Shown: positions 15,677 through 25,749, counted from the stretch's first letter. The stretch: DNA of 64,000 nt from Methanocaldococcus sp. 16A (GCA_049860595.1 CP187551.1), one strand, 5' to 3'. A program made the numbers and translations. The notes: generated by a model not told the origin, from the letters alone.

Positions 15677-16582
15677 ATGGATAAGATGAAAGATAAGGTA
15701 TTTGGATGTGTTTTTGGGGCAGTTATTGGTGATGCTTTAGGAATGCCTACAGAGGGCTTAAAAAAAGATGAAATAAAAAATATTTATGGATTTGTTGATG
15801 ATTATGTTGAGCCAAAAAATTATTTGGCAGGAAAAGTTAAAAAAGGAGAATGGACTGATGATACAGAACAAGCAATTTTTATTATAAAATCTTTAGATAA
15901 AAACGGCATAGATATAGAAAAATTTGCATCTTATTTAATAAAATGGGGAGAAAAAAAGCCCCCACATATTGGCTTAACATCATTAAAAGCTATTGAAAAA
16001 TTGAAAAATCATGATTTTTCTGGAGTAGATAGTCCAACATGTGGGGCTGCTATGCGAATATATCCAATAGCTATTTTATTTTATGACAATATAAATAAAT
16101 TAAAAGATGAAGTTATAAAATCTTCAAAAATAACCCACAACCATCCTGAAGCTATTGCTGGAGCTTTAGCAATTGCATTTTTTGTAAGTAATGCTTTAAA
16201 AGAAAGAAAAGATTTTAGATTATTGGATGAATGCTATAATTATATAAAAGAGGTAGATGAGAATTTTGCTAACCTTATACTGAAAATCAAAGAATTTGAT
16301 GATATAGATTCTGCTTATGATTATTTTGGGACTGGAGTTTTAGCTAAAGAAGTAGTTCCTTCAGCTATAGCAACCTATCTACTGACAGATAATTTTAAAG
16401 ATGGGATGATTAAGTGCATAAATGCTGGAGGAGATACTGATAGCTTAGCATCTATGTATGGGGCTATGGCTGGAGCTTATTTTGGATTTAAAAAAATTCC
16501 AAAAAATTGGATTGATGGTCTAAAAAATAAAGATTATGTTTTTAATTTGGCTGAGTATTTATATAAACTTAAATTTGGTTAA
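15677..16582 (+). CDS. ADP-ribosylglycohydrolase (DraG/ARH family)
   Basis: GDALG, WTDDT, GAAMRI, GGDTDS motifs. Confidence 0.93.
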   Translation: MDKMKDKVFGCVFGAVIGDALGMPTEGLKKDEIKNIYGFVDDYVEPKNYLAGKVKKGEWTDDTEQAIFIIKSLDKNGIDIEKFASYLIKWGEKKPPHIGLTSLKAIEKLKNHDFSGVDSPTCGAAMRIYPIAILFYDNINKLKDEVIKSSKITHNHPEAIAGALAIAFFVSNALKERKDFRLLDECYNYIKEVDENFANLILKIKEFDDIDSAYDYFGTGVLAKEVVPSAIATYLLTDNFKDGMIKCINAGGDTDSLASMYGAMAGAYFGFKKIPKNWIDGLKNKDYVFNLAEYLYKLKFG

Positions 16583-16591
16583 GATTTATTT

Positions 16592-17443
16592 TTATTCTAA
16601 TTTGCTCTCCTCGATTTTGTCTTTGTAATATAAGGCGATAGCTCTTTTTGAAAAAACTGATAGGAAAAACCCAACAAATCCAGAAACTGTTGCTGAAATT
16701 AATTGAATAATAGCTGACGTTGGCGAAATTGTATTTGCATAGTATGAATATGCATGAGGGGAAAACAATACATCCATTAATATAAATGGAGCAGATATTA
16801 CGCTCTCAATTATTAATATTATAATTCCAATAACAATAACTAATACAATATACTTTAATGACATCATTTTAATTATTTTTTTAAACTCAAAAAATCCTAA
16901 AAATCCATTAATGGAAAAATTAACTTCTGCTAGTGGAAGATAAAACGCTAATAATATAATAGATATAACAAATATTACAAATGATATCATTAAAGAAACT
17001 AATCCTATGATTCCATCTTGTGTAATTAGTAATACACTAATACCGAATAATATAATTGGAATTATTAAAAATACAAATGCTAAAATTAAAATCCCAATAA
17101 AGTATAAAAACCCTCTCATAAGTAAATCAACGAGATTGTCCCATTCAGGTAAATTATCAAAACCTTCAACCGTAGTTTTCATAATCCTTACATAATAACC
17201 ATCGATTACAAATTCAATTACTAGACTAATTAAAAATCCAACGGCTATTGCTATTAACATCCCTGTTAATATTTTAACAATATTATATGGATTTGAATCA
17301 ACTCCTGTAGTAAATATGAGTATTGATAGTAAAACACTAAAAACTCCAGAAATTGCTAACAATAAACCCCCAATTATTCCTTTTTTAATATCTGAAAATG
17401 CATATTTAAAGGCTTCAGTAATATAATCTTCGAATTTTCTCAT
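16592..17443 (-). CDS. DUF4013 family membrane protein
   Basis: EAFKY, GYYVRIM, LPEW motifs; ATG at 17443 preceded by GGGGGAGGG SD. Confidence 0.78.
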   Translation of the reverse strand: MRKFEDYITEAFKYAFSDIKKGIIGGLLLAISGVFSVLLSILIFTTGVDSNPYNIVKILTGMLIAIAVGFLISLVIEFVIDGYYVRIMKTTVEGFDNLPEWDNLVDLLMRGFLYFIGILILAFVFLIIPIILFGISVLLITQDGIIGLVSLMISFVIFVISIILLAFYLPLAEVNFSINGFLGFFEFKKIIKMMSLKYIVLVIVIGIIILIIESVISAPFILMDVLFSPHAYSYYANTISPTSAIIQLISATVSGFVGFFLSVFSKRAIALYYKDKIEESKLE

Positions 17444-17559
17444 ATTTTCCCTCCCCCTTAGATTTAATTTTAATATTTTGAGTTGTGCTTTTTTAAATAT
17501 ATAATTTCTCATAAAAATTATTTTAAATATTTAAATAAATGAATAAAAACAGCGAATAA

Positions 17560-17684
17560 AAAATATATGTGGGGGAGGGGTATTAAACTGTAAATTTTGA
17601 TAATCCAACCGGAGCCGGCTCCTACGGCGCGGGTTATCAGCAGTGAGGTGGGGGGGCTCACCACTGTCCCACCCGCGCCAACTT
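17560..17684 (-). ncRNA. GC-rich structured non-coding RNA (possibly an hgc-type RNA), function unknown
   Basis: GC island with GGCGCGGGU/ACCCGCGCC and CAGUGGUGAG/CUCACUGCUG stems; BRE-TATA about 25 nt upstream; T-rich tract near 17558-17563 on the minus strand. Confidence 0.75.
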
Positions 17685-17702
17685 GTTATAATATACTTTA
17701 CC

Positions 17703-17717
17703 TATATAAACTTTTCG
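17703..17717 (-). promoter_or_regulatory. BRE + TATA box of the ncRNA
   Basis: Minus strand CGAAAAG TTTATATA, near-identical to the tRNA-Gly promoter. Confidence 0.75.
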
Positions 17718-17869
17718 ATACAGAAAAGTTTAATTAAACTAAAATTTTTTTAATTTGAATTGAATTATTAGATTACCTAATAGCTTCCATTAGTTAGTTT
17801 AAGAATATATATTTTTATAGGTAACTTCCTAATTAATTGATTGTGATTTCTATTCTTGGAGGTGAATCT

Positions 17870-19843
17870 ATGTCCCCAAGAATTGGGGTATTTGTCTGTT
17901 ACTGTGGAGCAAACATTAATGGTGTTGTAGATTGTGAAGCAGTAAGAGATTTTGCTGAAAAATTAGATGGAGTCGTTGTGGCTAAGACCTATCCTTTTAT
18001 GTGTGCTGACCCAGGGCAAAACTTGATTAAAGAGGCAATAAAAGAATACAACCTCGACAGAGTCGTTGTTGCTGCATGCACACCAAAAATTCACGAACCT
18101 ACTTTTAGAAACTGTATAAAAGAAGCAGGATTATCTCCATATTATTTGGAGTTTATTAACATTAGAGAACACTGTTCGTTCGTTCACATGAATGAAAGAG
18201 AAAAGGCTACTAAAAAAGCAATGGAGTTAGTTGCTGGTGGAGTTGAGAGAGCTAAGAGATTGGAAGATGTTCCACAAAAAATTGTAGATGTTGATAAATC
18301 CTGTTTAATTATTGGAGGAGGTATTGCTGGAATTCAGGCGGCTCTTGACTTAGGAGACCAAGGTTATAAGGTATATTTAGTAGAAAAAGAGCCATCAATT
18401 GGAGGAAGGATGGCTCAACTTGCTAAGACATTCCCAACTGATGACTGTGCGCTGTGAATTTTGGCCCCAAAGATGGTTAGCGTTGCAAACCACCCCAATG
18501 TTGAGCTCATAACCTACGCCGAAGTTAAAAATGTTGAAGGATACATTGGAAACTTTGAAGTTACAATTGAGAAGAAACCAAGATATGTTGATGAAAATGT
18601 CTGTACTGGATGTGGGGCTTGTGCAGCTGTTTGTCCAATTGAAGTACCAAACGAGTTTGATTTAGGTTTAGGTACAAGAAAAGCTATATATGTCCCATTC
18701 GCACAGGCAGTTCCATTAGTTTATACAATTGATATGGACCACTGTATAAGATGTGGTTTGTGTGAAAAAGCTTGTGGTCCTGGAGCTATAAGATACGACC
18801 AAAAACCTGAAGAAATCAAATTGAAGGTTGGAACAATTATCTGTGCAGTAGGTTATGATGAATTTGACTGCACACTAAAAGAAGAGTATGGTTATGGTGT
18901 CTATGACAACGTCATAACTACATTAGAATTAGAGAGAATGATTAACCCAGCAGGACCAACAGGAGGGCATGAAATAAGACCAAGTGACGGAAAGCATCCA
19001 CACAGAGTTGTATTTATCCAGTGTGTTGGTTCAAGAGATGCTAAAGTTGGAAAGCATTACTGTTCAAGAATCTGCTGTATGTTCGCATTAAAGAATGCCC
19101 AATTACTTAAGCAGCATGACCCAAGCACTGAAGTTTATATCTGCTACATGGATATTAGGGCATTTGGTAAAGGATATGAAGAGTATTACAGAAGAGCTCA
19201 AGAGCAGTTTGGAGTTAAGTTTATTAGAGGAAGACCAGCTTGTATAATGGAAGACCCAGAGACAAAGAACTTAATCGTTAGAGTAGAAGATACATTATTA
19301 GGAGAAATTGTAGAGATTGAGGCAGATTTAGTTGTATTGTCAGCTGGTTTATCTCCAAGACCTGACAATCCAAAATTAGCTAAGATGCTTGGTTTAGAAT
19401 TAAGTCCTGATGGGTTCTTCAAAGAACTGCATCCAAAGTTAGCTCCTGTTAATACAAAAGTTGATGGTATAGCAATTGCTGGAGTAGCTCAGGGACCTAA
19501 AGATATTCCAGATACAGTAGCTCAAGCTAAAGGGGCAGCGAGTGCTGTTTCAATACCAATGGCTCAGGGGCAGTTTAAGATAGAGATGATTAGAGCTGTT
19601 GTTGATGAAGAGGTCTGTGGAGGCTGTAAGGTCTGTGCTAAGATGTGTCCATATAACGCTATAACATATGTGGAAAAAGATGGACACTTAGTAGCTCAAG
19701 TCAATGACGTTGCATGTAAGGGATGCGGTTCATGTGCAGGAGCATGTCCAAGTGGAGCAATGCAGTTGAGATACTATAGAGATGAGCAAATAATTTCATT
19801 CATTGATGGAGTGTTAGAAGCTCACCAAAAGTTAGAAGGATAA
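17870..19843 (+). CDS. hdrA: Heterodisulfide reductase subunit A, selenoprotein (Sec196; UGA 18455-18457)
   Basis: Two ORF-track pieces are in one frame, joined by TGA in [15 protein letters not shown] (a conserved Cys site); GGTGA SD before ATG 17870; downstream SECIS. Confidence 0.96.
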
Positions 19844-19960
19844 AAACTTTAAGATAATGCACAAGCCCCACATCCAAATATTGAAAAGTTCTTGGAAACA
19901 TTATCTAACATTTACTAATATATGGCGTAGGTTATGAGCTCAACATTGGAAAAAGATAAA

Positions 19961-20007
19961 CCAGATGAGGCACCGCCCGAAGGCATTTGCCAGGGTGGTG
20001 CTGATGG
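19961..20007 (+). promoter_or_regulatory. SECIS element of hdrA (19970-20001) on a K-turn base
   Basis: GCACCGCCC-GAA-GGC-ATTT-GCC-A-GGGTGGTGC; archaeal GAA/A consensus. Confidence 0.9.
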
Positions 20008-20097
20008 GGGGTAAGTACCCTTAACTTATTATAAATTTGATTCTCATATACTCATCAAATTGTTTAAATCAAAATTAATAACTTTGAGGGGTTAGTT

Positions 20098-20502
20098 ATG
20101 GAGCCTGTAATAATTGCTTTCTGTTGCTATCAATGAGGTTATGGGGCTGCTGACTTAGCAGGGACAAGTAGAATGCAATACCCTGCAACCGTAAGAATCG
20201 TCAGGCTCCCTTGCACCGGTAAATTTGACGTTACCTATGCTTTAAGAGCTTTCCAAAAGGGAGCCGACGGAGTTATGGTTGTAGGGTGAAAGAAAGGAGA
20301 GTGTGCTTACGAAACAGGTAACACAAGAGCTGAGGAGAGGGTTAGGTTCGTTAAAGAATTATTGGATGAATTAGGAATCGGCGGAGACAGAATTGAAATG
20401 TACTTCATGACAGCTGCTGAGGCTGACAAATTTGTCTCCGCCGTTAACGAAATGACTGAAAAACTCCAAAAACTCGGACCTAACCCTCTCAAAGCTCAAT
20501 AA
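20098..20502 (+). CDS. vhuD: F420-non-reducing hydrogenase subunit D, two Sec (UGA 20134-20136, 20287-20289); absent from ORF track
   Basis: Manual translation MEPVIIAFCCYQ-U-GYGAADLAG...RLPCTGK...VVG-U-KKGECAY, 134 aa, TAA stop; GAGGGG SD. Confidence 0.95.
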
Positions 20503-20523
20503 AGCCGGAGATTAAAGGGATGA

Positions 20524-20557
20524 GTTCTCTCGGGAACCCGTCAGGGACCGAGAGAAC
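20524..20557 (+). promoter_or_regulatory. SECIS element of vhuD
   Basis: GTTCTCTCGG-GAA-CCC-GTCA-GGG-A-CCGAGAGAAC. Confidence 0.92.
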
Positions 20558-20626
20558 AACCGCCCCTATGTGAGGGGTTCTCCGGCTTTTGTAAAATTTA
20601 ATTTAAACTTTCTTAGGGTGATTACC

Positions 20627-21484
20627 TTGGCAGTAAAGGTGGGGATGATTCAATTATGCGGATGTTCAGGCTGTCATATTTCTTTATTAGATTTACACGA
20701 TAAGTTGTTAGAAGTTTTACCAAATTTAGAGATTGTATATGCTCCAATAGTTGCAGACCCTAAGGAGATTCCAGAGGGCATAGATGTGTTTTTAGTTGAG
20801 GGAGGAATTAGGAATGAGCACGATGAGCATTTAATTGAAGAAATTAGAGAGAAATCAAAGATTGTTATTGCATGGGGAACCTGTGCTGCTTATGGAGGAA
20901 TTCCAGGTTTAGCTAACTTATATACAAAAGAAGAACTGTTAAATACAGTATATACAACTGATTCAACTGATAATAAAGGAGAAATTCCTTCAGAAGGAAT
21001 TCCTGCTTTAGAAGAATATGTTAAGCCAATAAGCGATTTTGTAAAAGTTGATTACATAATTCCTGGATGCCCACCAACACCAAAAATGATTGCCGATGCA
21101 ATTGTTGCATTGTTAAATGGAGAAGAGCCAAAATTACCAACAAAAATTGTCTGTGATGAATGTCCAAGAAAGAAAGAAAATGTATTCCCAGAGAAGTTTA
21201 AGAGAACCTATGAAGGAAAACCAGACTCAGAAAGATGTTTATTTGAGCAAGGTTACACATGTTTAGGATTTGCTACAAGAGCTGGATGTGGAGCAAAGTG
21301 TCCTAATGCAGGGGTTCCATGTAGAGGATGCTATGGTAAGACAGATAAGTCATTAGACTTAGGAGCTAACGCAGCTAACGTATTAGCTAATGCTGGAGAA
21401 GCAGCTTTAGCAATTCCAGACAAAGTAGCTTTATTAAACAGATTCACATTGCCAGATGCTTTAATTAATAGAAAGGTAAAGTAA
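20627..21484 (+). CDS. vhuG: F420-non-reducing hydrogenase small subunit G
   Basis: CGCSGC, GTCA, PGCPP, CRGC; likely TTG start at 20627 behind GGGTGA SD. Confidence 0.93.
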   Translation: MAVKVGMIQLCGCSGCHISLLDLHDKLLEVLPNLEIVYAPIVADPKEIPEGIDVFLVEGGIRNEHDEHLIEEIREKSKIVIAWGTCAAYGGIPGLANLYTKEELLNTVYTTDSTDNKGEIPSEGIPALEEYVKPISDFVKVDYIIPGCPPTPKMIADAIVALLNGEEPKLPTKIVCDECPRKKENVFPEKFKRTYEGKPDSERCLFEQGYTCLGFATRAGCGAKCPNAGVPCRGCYGKTDKSLDLGANAANVLANAGEAALAIPDKVALLNRFTLPDALINRKVK

Positions 21485-21525
21485 TTATAAAAAATTAAAT
21501 ATAATAATAAAATAAGGGTGAATTT

Positions 21526-22782
21526 ATGGGGAAGATAGTAATTGAGCCCCTATCAAGATTGGAAGGGCATGGTAAGGTAACTATTACCTTAGATGAAAAT
21601 GGAAAGCCTAAAGATGTTAAATTGCATATAACAGCATTAAGAGGATTTGAGCAGTTTGTTGTTGGAAGACCAGCTGAGGAAGTTCCAAGAATAGTTCCAA
21701 GAATTTGTGGTATTTGCCAGACAGCACACCACTTAGCGAGTGTTAAAGCAGTTGATGCTGCTTGGGGTGTAGAGATTCCAGAGCCAGCAAAAAAATTGAG
21801 AGAATTAATGCATATAGGAAACATGATTCACAGTCATGCGTTGCACTTCTACTTCTTAGCAGCTCCTGACTTTGTTCTTGGAGTTGATGCAAATCCTGCA
21901 ATAAGAAATGTTGTAGGAGTTATAGACAAAGCTCCTGAAGCTGCTAAGCAGGCAATTGCATTAAGAAAGTTTGGACAAAAAATTGTTGAGGCTATTGGTG
22001 GAAAGGCAATCCACCCAGTTACTGGAATTCCAGGAGGACAAGCAAAGAGATTAACTGAAGAAGAGAGAGATGAATTGTTGAAGGATGCTGACCAAATGAT
22101 AGAATACGCTAAAAATGGAATTGAGTTAATAAAACAAATAAATGAACAGTATATGGAACAAATAAAGACATTGGGTGTTATTGATACATGGTATTTAGGT
22201 TTAGTTAAAGATGGAAAACACAACTTCTACGATGGAACTTTAAGATTCCTCTCACCAGATGGAAAAGAGAAAGTTGATTTCAAACCAGCTGAATATTTAG
22301 ATTACATAGGAGAGCATGTAGTTCCTCACAGCTATGTTAAATATCCATACTACAAGAAAGCTGGCTATCCTGATGGAATTTACAGAGTAGGGCCTTTACC
22401 AATGTTAAATGTATGTGAAGCTATGGAAACTCCATTAGCAGAAGAATATAGAAAAGAATTCTTTGATATCTTTGGGTTTCCAGCAAATCAATCATTAGCT
22501 TATCATCATGCAAGATTAATAGAATTAGTTGAGGCTTGTGAAAAAGCAAAGATGTTATTAGAAGATAACGATATTACATCAGATGATATTAAGGCAGAAG
22601 TTGAGCCAAAAGCTGGAAATGGTGTTGGAGTAGTTTATGCTCCAAGAGGAGTTTTAATCCACAACTACGAAACTGATGAAAATGGAATTGTTGTTAAAGC
22701 AAATATGATTGTTGCTACAACTCACAACGTTCCAACAATGGAAAAAGCTATTCAACAGGCAGCTCAAGAAATCTTTAAATAA
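21526..22782 (+). CDS. vhuA: F420-non-reducing [NiFeSe] hydrogenase large subunit A (split; lacks C-terminal DPxxxC)
   Basis: SRLEGH and RICGIC motifs; the C-terminal L2 motif is supplied by VhuU. Confidence 0.95.
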   Translation: MGKIVIEPLSRLEGHGKVTITLDENGKPKDVKLHITALRGFEQFVVGRPAEEVPRIVPRICGICQTAHHLASVKAVDAAWGVEIPEPAKKLRELMHIGNMIHSHALHFYFLAAPDFVLGVDANPAIRNVVGVIDKAPEAAKQAIALRKFGQKIVEAIGGKAIHPVTGIPGGQAKRLTEEERDELLKDADQMIEYAKNGIELIKQINEQYMEQIKTLGVIDTWYLGLVKDGKHNFYDGTLRFLSPDGKEKVDFKPAEYLDYIGEHVVPHSYVKYPYYKKAGYPDGIYRVGPLPMLNVCEAMETPLAEEYRKEFFDIFGFPANQSLAYHHARLIELVEACEKAKMLLEDNDITSDDIKAEVEPKAGNGVGVVYAPRGVLIHNYETDENGIVVKANMIVATTHNVPTMEKAIQQAAQEIFK

Positions 22783-22873
22783 AAATATTTTTAGATGTGA
22801 ATAAGTATTATTAGCCATTTCTTTCACTTTCCATATTACGATTATCCAATCACTAACTATTATGGTGATGAGT

Positions 22874-23026
22874 ATGGCTGAAAAAAGCACAGTCAAAGTT
22901 GATGAGGTAAAGTTAAATTTAATTGAGGTAGTTTTGAGGGCTTACGACCCTTGATACTCATGTGCTGCCCATATAATAGTTAAAGATGAGAAAGGAAATA
23001 AAATTATAGAGATTATTAAAGAATAA
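22874..23026 (+). CDS. vhuU: Selenopeptide VhuU (Sec27; UGA 22952-22954), 50 aa; absent from ORF track
   Basis: [37 protein letters not shown]..., L2 motif plus cleavable C-terminal tail; GGTGA SD. Confidence 0.95.
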
Positions 23027-23060
23027 GCTCACAACCGAACCCATTTGGGAGGTTGTGAGC
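23027..23060 (+). promoter_or_regulatory. SECIS element of vhuU
   Basis: GCTCACAACC-GAA-CCC-ATTT-GGG-A-GGTTGTGAGC directly after the stop codon. Confidence 0.92.
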
Positions 23061-23138
23061 TCTTTCCCCTTACGCAAGGGGAATTCGCTAAAATCCTTTT
23101 ATGGATTTTAGCGCAAAATTTTTAGGAGGATGGGATTG

Positions 23139-24308
23139 ATGAGCATAACAATCCAGAGAGAAGCGTGTTTAGTGTGCTATGCATGTCAGGCAGAATGTCC
23201 GACAAAAGCGATAGATATAGACAGTTTTAATGTGTGTACATTATGCATGCAGTGTGTCAATGTATGCCCGACAGGGGCGTTAGTAGAGGAAGAGATAGAG
23301 ATTGAAGGAAAAACTGTGAAGAGAGTTAATTACTTAGCTCATAAGTGTGAGAAGTGTGGAGCCTGTGCGGAGGTATGTCCTGTAGGGATTAAGAAGGTTG
23401 ATGATGATTTCCCTTACTCAAAAGGACATTGCGTTTTATGTCAAAAATGTATAGAAGTTTGTCCAATTGAAATTATCTCTTTACCAGGGATTATAGACAA
23501 ACCTAAAAAAGAAGTTAAAGCTCCAAAAGAACCTATAGCGGTTACAGACGCTTGTGTAGGCTGCGGAATCTGTGTTCCAGAATGTCCTGTAGATGCAATA
23601 ACCTTAGAAGATAACAAGGCAGTTATTGATAAAAGCAAGTGTATTTACTGCAGTATTTGTGCCCAAACGTGTCCATGGAATGCCATCTTTGTAGCAGGTA
23701 AGATACCTAAGAAGAGGAGAAAAGAAGTTAAGAAATTTGATGTTGATGCAGAAAAATGTATTTACTGTCTAAAGTGTGTTGAAATCTGTCCAGGAGATAT
23801 GATTAAGGTCGATGAGGAAAATATGATTGTTGTTCCACCAAAATCATGTCCTGCTTGTAAGCTATGTGTAAATATCTGTCCAGTCGATGCTTTAGAATTG
23901 GATGTTAAATTAGCCTCTCCACATCCGATAACTGATGAAGGTTTAGTTATTGTAGAAGAGGATTTCGATGTATTGAAGAAATGTGCTTCTGTCTGTCCAA
24001 CTGAAGCGATTGTTGTAGATGATAAGAAAAAAGAAGTTAGAATGTGTATTGTCTGTGGAGCATGTACTGTAGCTTGCCCAACTGGTGCTTTAAAGTTGGG
24101 TAAGATAGAGCATAATGGTAAGGAATACAACAGAATTGAATTTAGCCCATACTTGTGTGATAAATGCGGAAAATGTGTCGAAGTCTGCCCAATGAAAACC
24201 TTAAGATTATCAAGAGGCAAATTGCCTCTAAAAGGTTATTGCGTAATGTGCCTCCTCTGTCTCTCCTGCGCTGAAGCCGAAAAAAAGAAAGTTTTAGAAT
24301 TAAGATAA
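23139..24308 (+). CDS. vhuB: Polyferredoxin
   Basis: About a dozen CxxCxxCxxxCP motifs; operon position; ATG 23139 fits GGAGGA spacing (23130 alternative). Confidence 0.92.
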   Translation: MSITIQREACLVCYACQAECPTKAIDIDSFNVCTLCMQCVNVCPTGALVEEEIEIEGKTVKRVNYLAHKCEKCGACAEVCPVGIKKVDDDFPYSKGHCVLCQKCIEVCPIEIISLPGIIDKPKKEVKAPKEPIAVTDACVGCGICVPECPVDAITLEDNKAVIDKSKCIYCSICAQTCPWNAIFVAGKIPKKRRKEVKKFDVDAEKCIYCLKCVEICPGDMIKVDEENMIVVPPKSCPACKLCVNICPVDALELDVKLASPHPITDEGLVIVEEDFDVLKKCASVCPTEAIVVDDKKKEVRMCIVCGACTVACPTGALKLGKIEHNGKEYNRIEFSPYLCDKCGKCVEVCPMKTLRLSRGKLPLKGYCVMCLLCLSCAEAEKKKVLELR

Positions 24309-24329
24309 CTAAAAAGGGGTGAATCCCTT

Positions 24330-25637
24330 ATGGTAAAGGTTATTAAAAACGTTGTTTGTCCTTTCTGTGGGACATTATGTGATGACTTAGAGATTTTAGT
24401 TGAAGACAACCACATAGTTGGAACAAGACATGCTTGTAGAATTGGAAATGCTAAGTTCATGCACTTTGAAGGGGCTGTAAGATATACAGAACCATTAATG
24501 AGAGAAAATAAAAAAGACGATTTCAAAAAGGTTGATTATGAAACTGCAATTGAAGAAACTGCAAGATTGTTAACTGAAGCGGCTCTACCATTAATCTACG
24601 GATGGAGTGCTACTGAATGTCACGCACACATGTATGGAGTAGAGTTAGCTGAGTTAGTTGGAGCAGTTGTTGATAACACTGCAAGTGTTTGACACGGACC
24701 TTCACTCTTAGCTGTGCAGGATGTAGGATACCCCGTTTGTACATTAGGAGAGGTAAAAAATAGAGCTGATGTAATTATCTTCTGGGGTTCAAACCCAATG
24801 CACGCCCACCCAAGACATATGAGTAGATATTCAGTATTTGCAAGAGGATTTTTCAGAGAAAGAGGAAGAGAAGATAGAACAGTTATCGTTGTAGATCCAA
24901 GAGAAACAGATACAGCTAAGTTAGCAGATATACACTTACAGGTTGAGCAGCATAAGGATTATGAATTAGTTAGTGCAATGAGAGCAGTGTTAAAAGGATT
25001 TGAATTGCAAGTTGATAGAGTCGCTGGAGTTCCAGCTGATTTAATCTATGAAGCTATGGAAATTTGTAAAAATGCTCAGTTCGGAGAATTGTTCTTCGCA
25101 ATGGGAGTAACAATGACAAAAGGTAAGCATAGAAACATTGATAACGCTATACAATTAATTATTGATTTAAACGCTTACACAAAATTTGGACTAATGCCAA
25201 TGAGAGGTCACTACAACGTAAATGGTTTCAACCAAGTCTTAACTTGGGTTACAGGTTATCCATTTGGAGTTGATTTCTCAAGAGGTTATCCAAGATACAA
25301 CCCTGGAGAGACTACAGCTAATGATTTATTACAAAGAGGAGAAACTGACATGATGTTAAATATTGCTTCAGACCCAGGGGCTCACTTCCCACAAAAAGCA
25401 GTACAACACATGGCAAAGATACCATTAGTTTGTATTGACCCACACGAAACTCCAACAACTCAATTAGCAAATATTATAATTCCTCCAGCAATTGCTGGAG
25501 TTGAGGTTGAAGGTACTGCTTATAGAATGGATGGAGTTCCAATTCAGTTGAAGAAGGTTATAGACCCTCCAGAAGGAGTTTTACCAGATAGAGAGATATT
25601 GAAGATGCTTATTAAGAAAGTTAAAGAGATGCTTTAA
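24330..25637 (+). CDS. fwdB: Tungsten formylmethanofuran dehydrogenase subunit B, selenoprotein (Sec121; UGA 24690-24692)
   Basis: [10 protein letters not shown]; NTASV-U-HGPS metal-ligand site joins two ORF pieces; RGHYN; downstream SECIS. Confidence 0.95.
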
Positions 25638-25749
25638 AAAATTTAATAAGAAAAATATAAATATTGGATTTATACTTAATGGAATATCGGGGTGGGCGTG
25701 CAACGCTAACCATCTTTGGGGGTATCCTACATCCTGCGTTACACGTCGT

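Noticed and set aside
17604-17684. GC-rich element as tRNA-Sec or another tRNA
   Set aside because: No T-loop, D-arm, anticodon arm or CCA; it folds as a long hairpin instead
18461-19843. hdrA (and likewise fwdB) as split genes or pseudogenes
   Set aside because: The interrupting TGA is in frame at a conserved Cys site and has a SECIS, so it is Sec recoding
24314-24329. Small hairpin covering the fwdB SD (AAGGGG-TGAA-TCCCTT)
   Set aside because: 6 bp is probably unstable at hyperthermophilic growth temperature, and such pairings are common by chance
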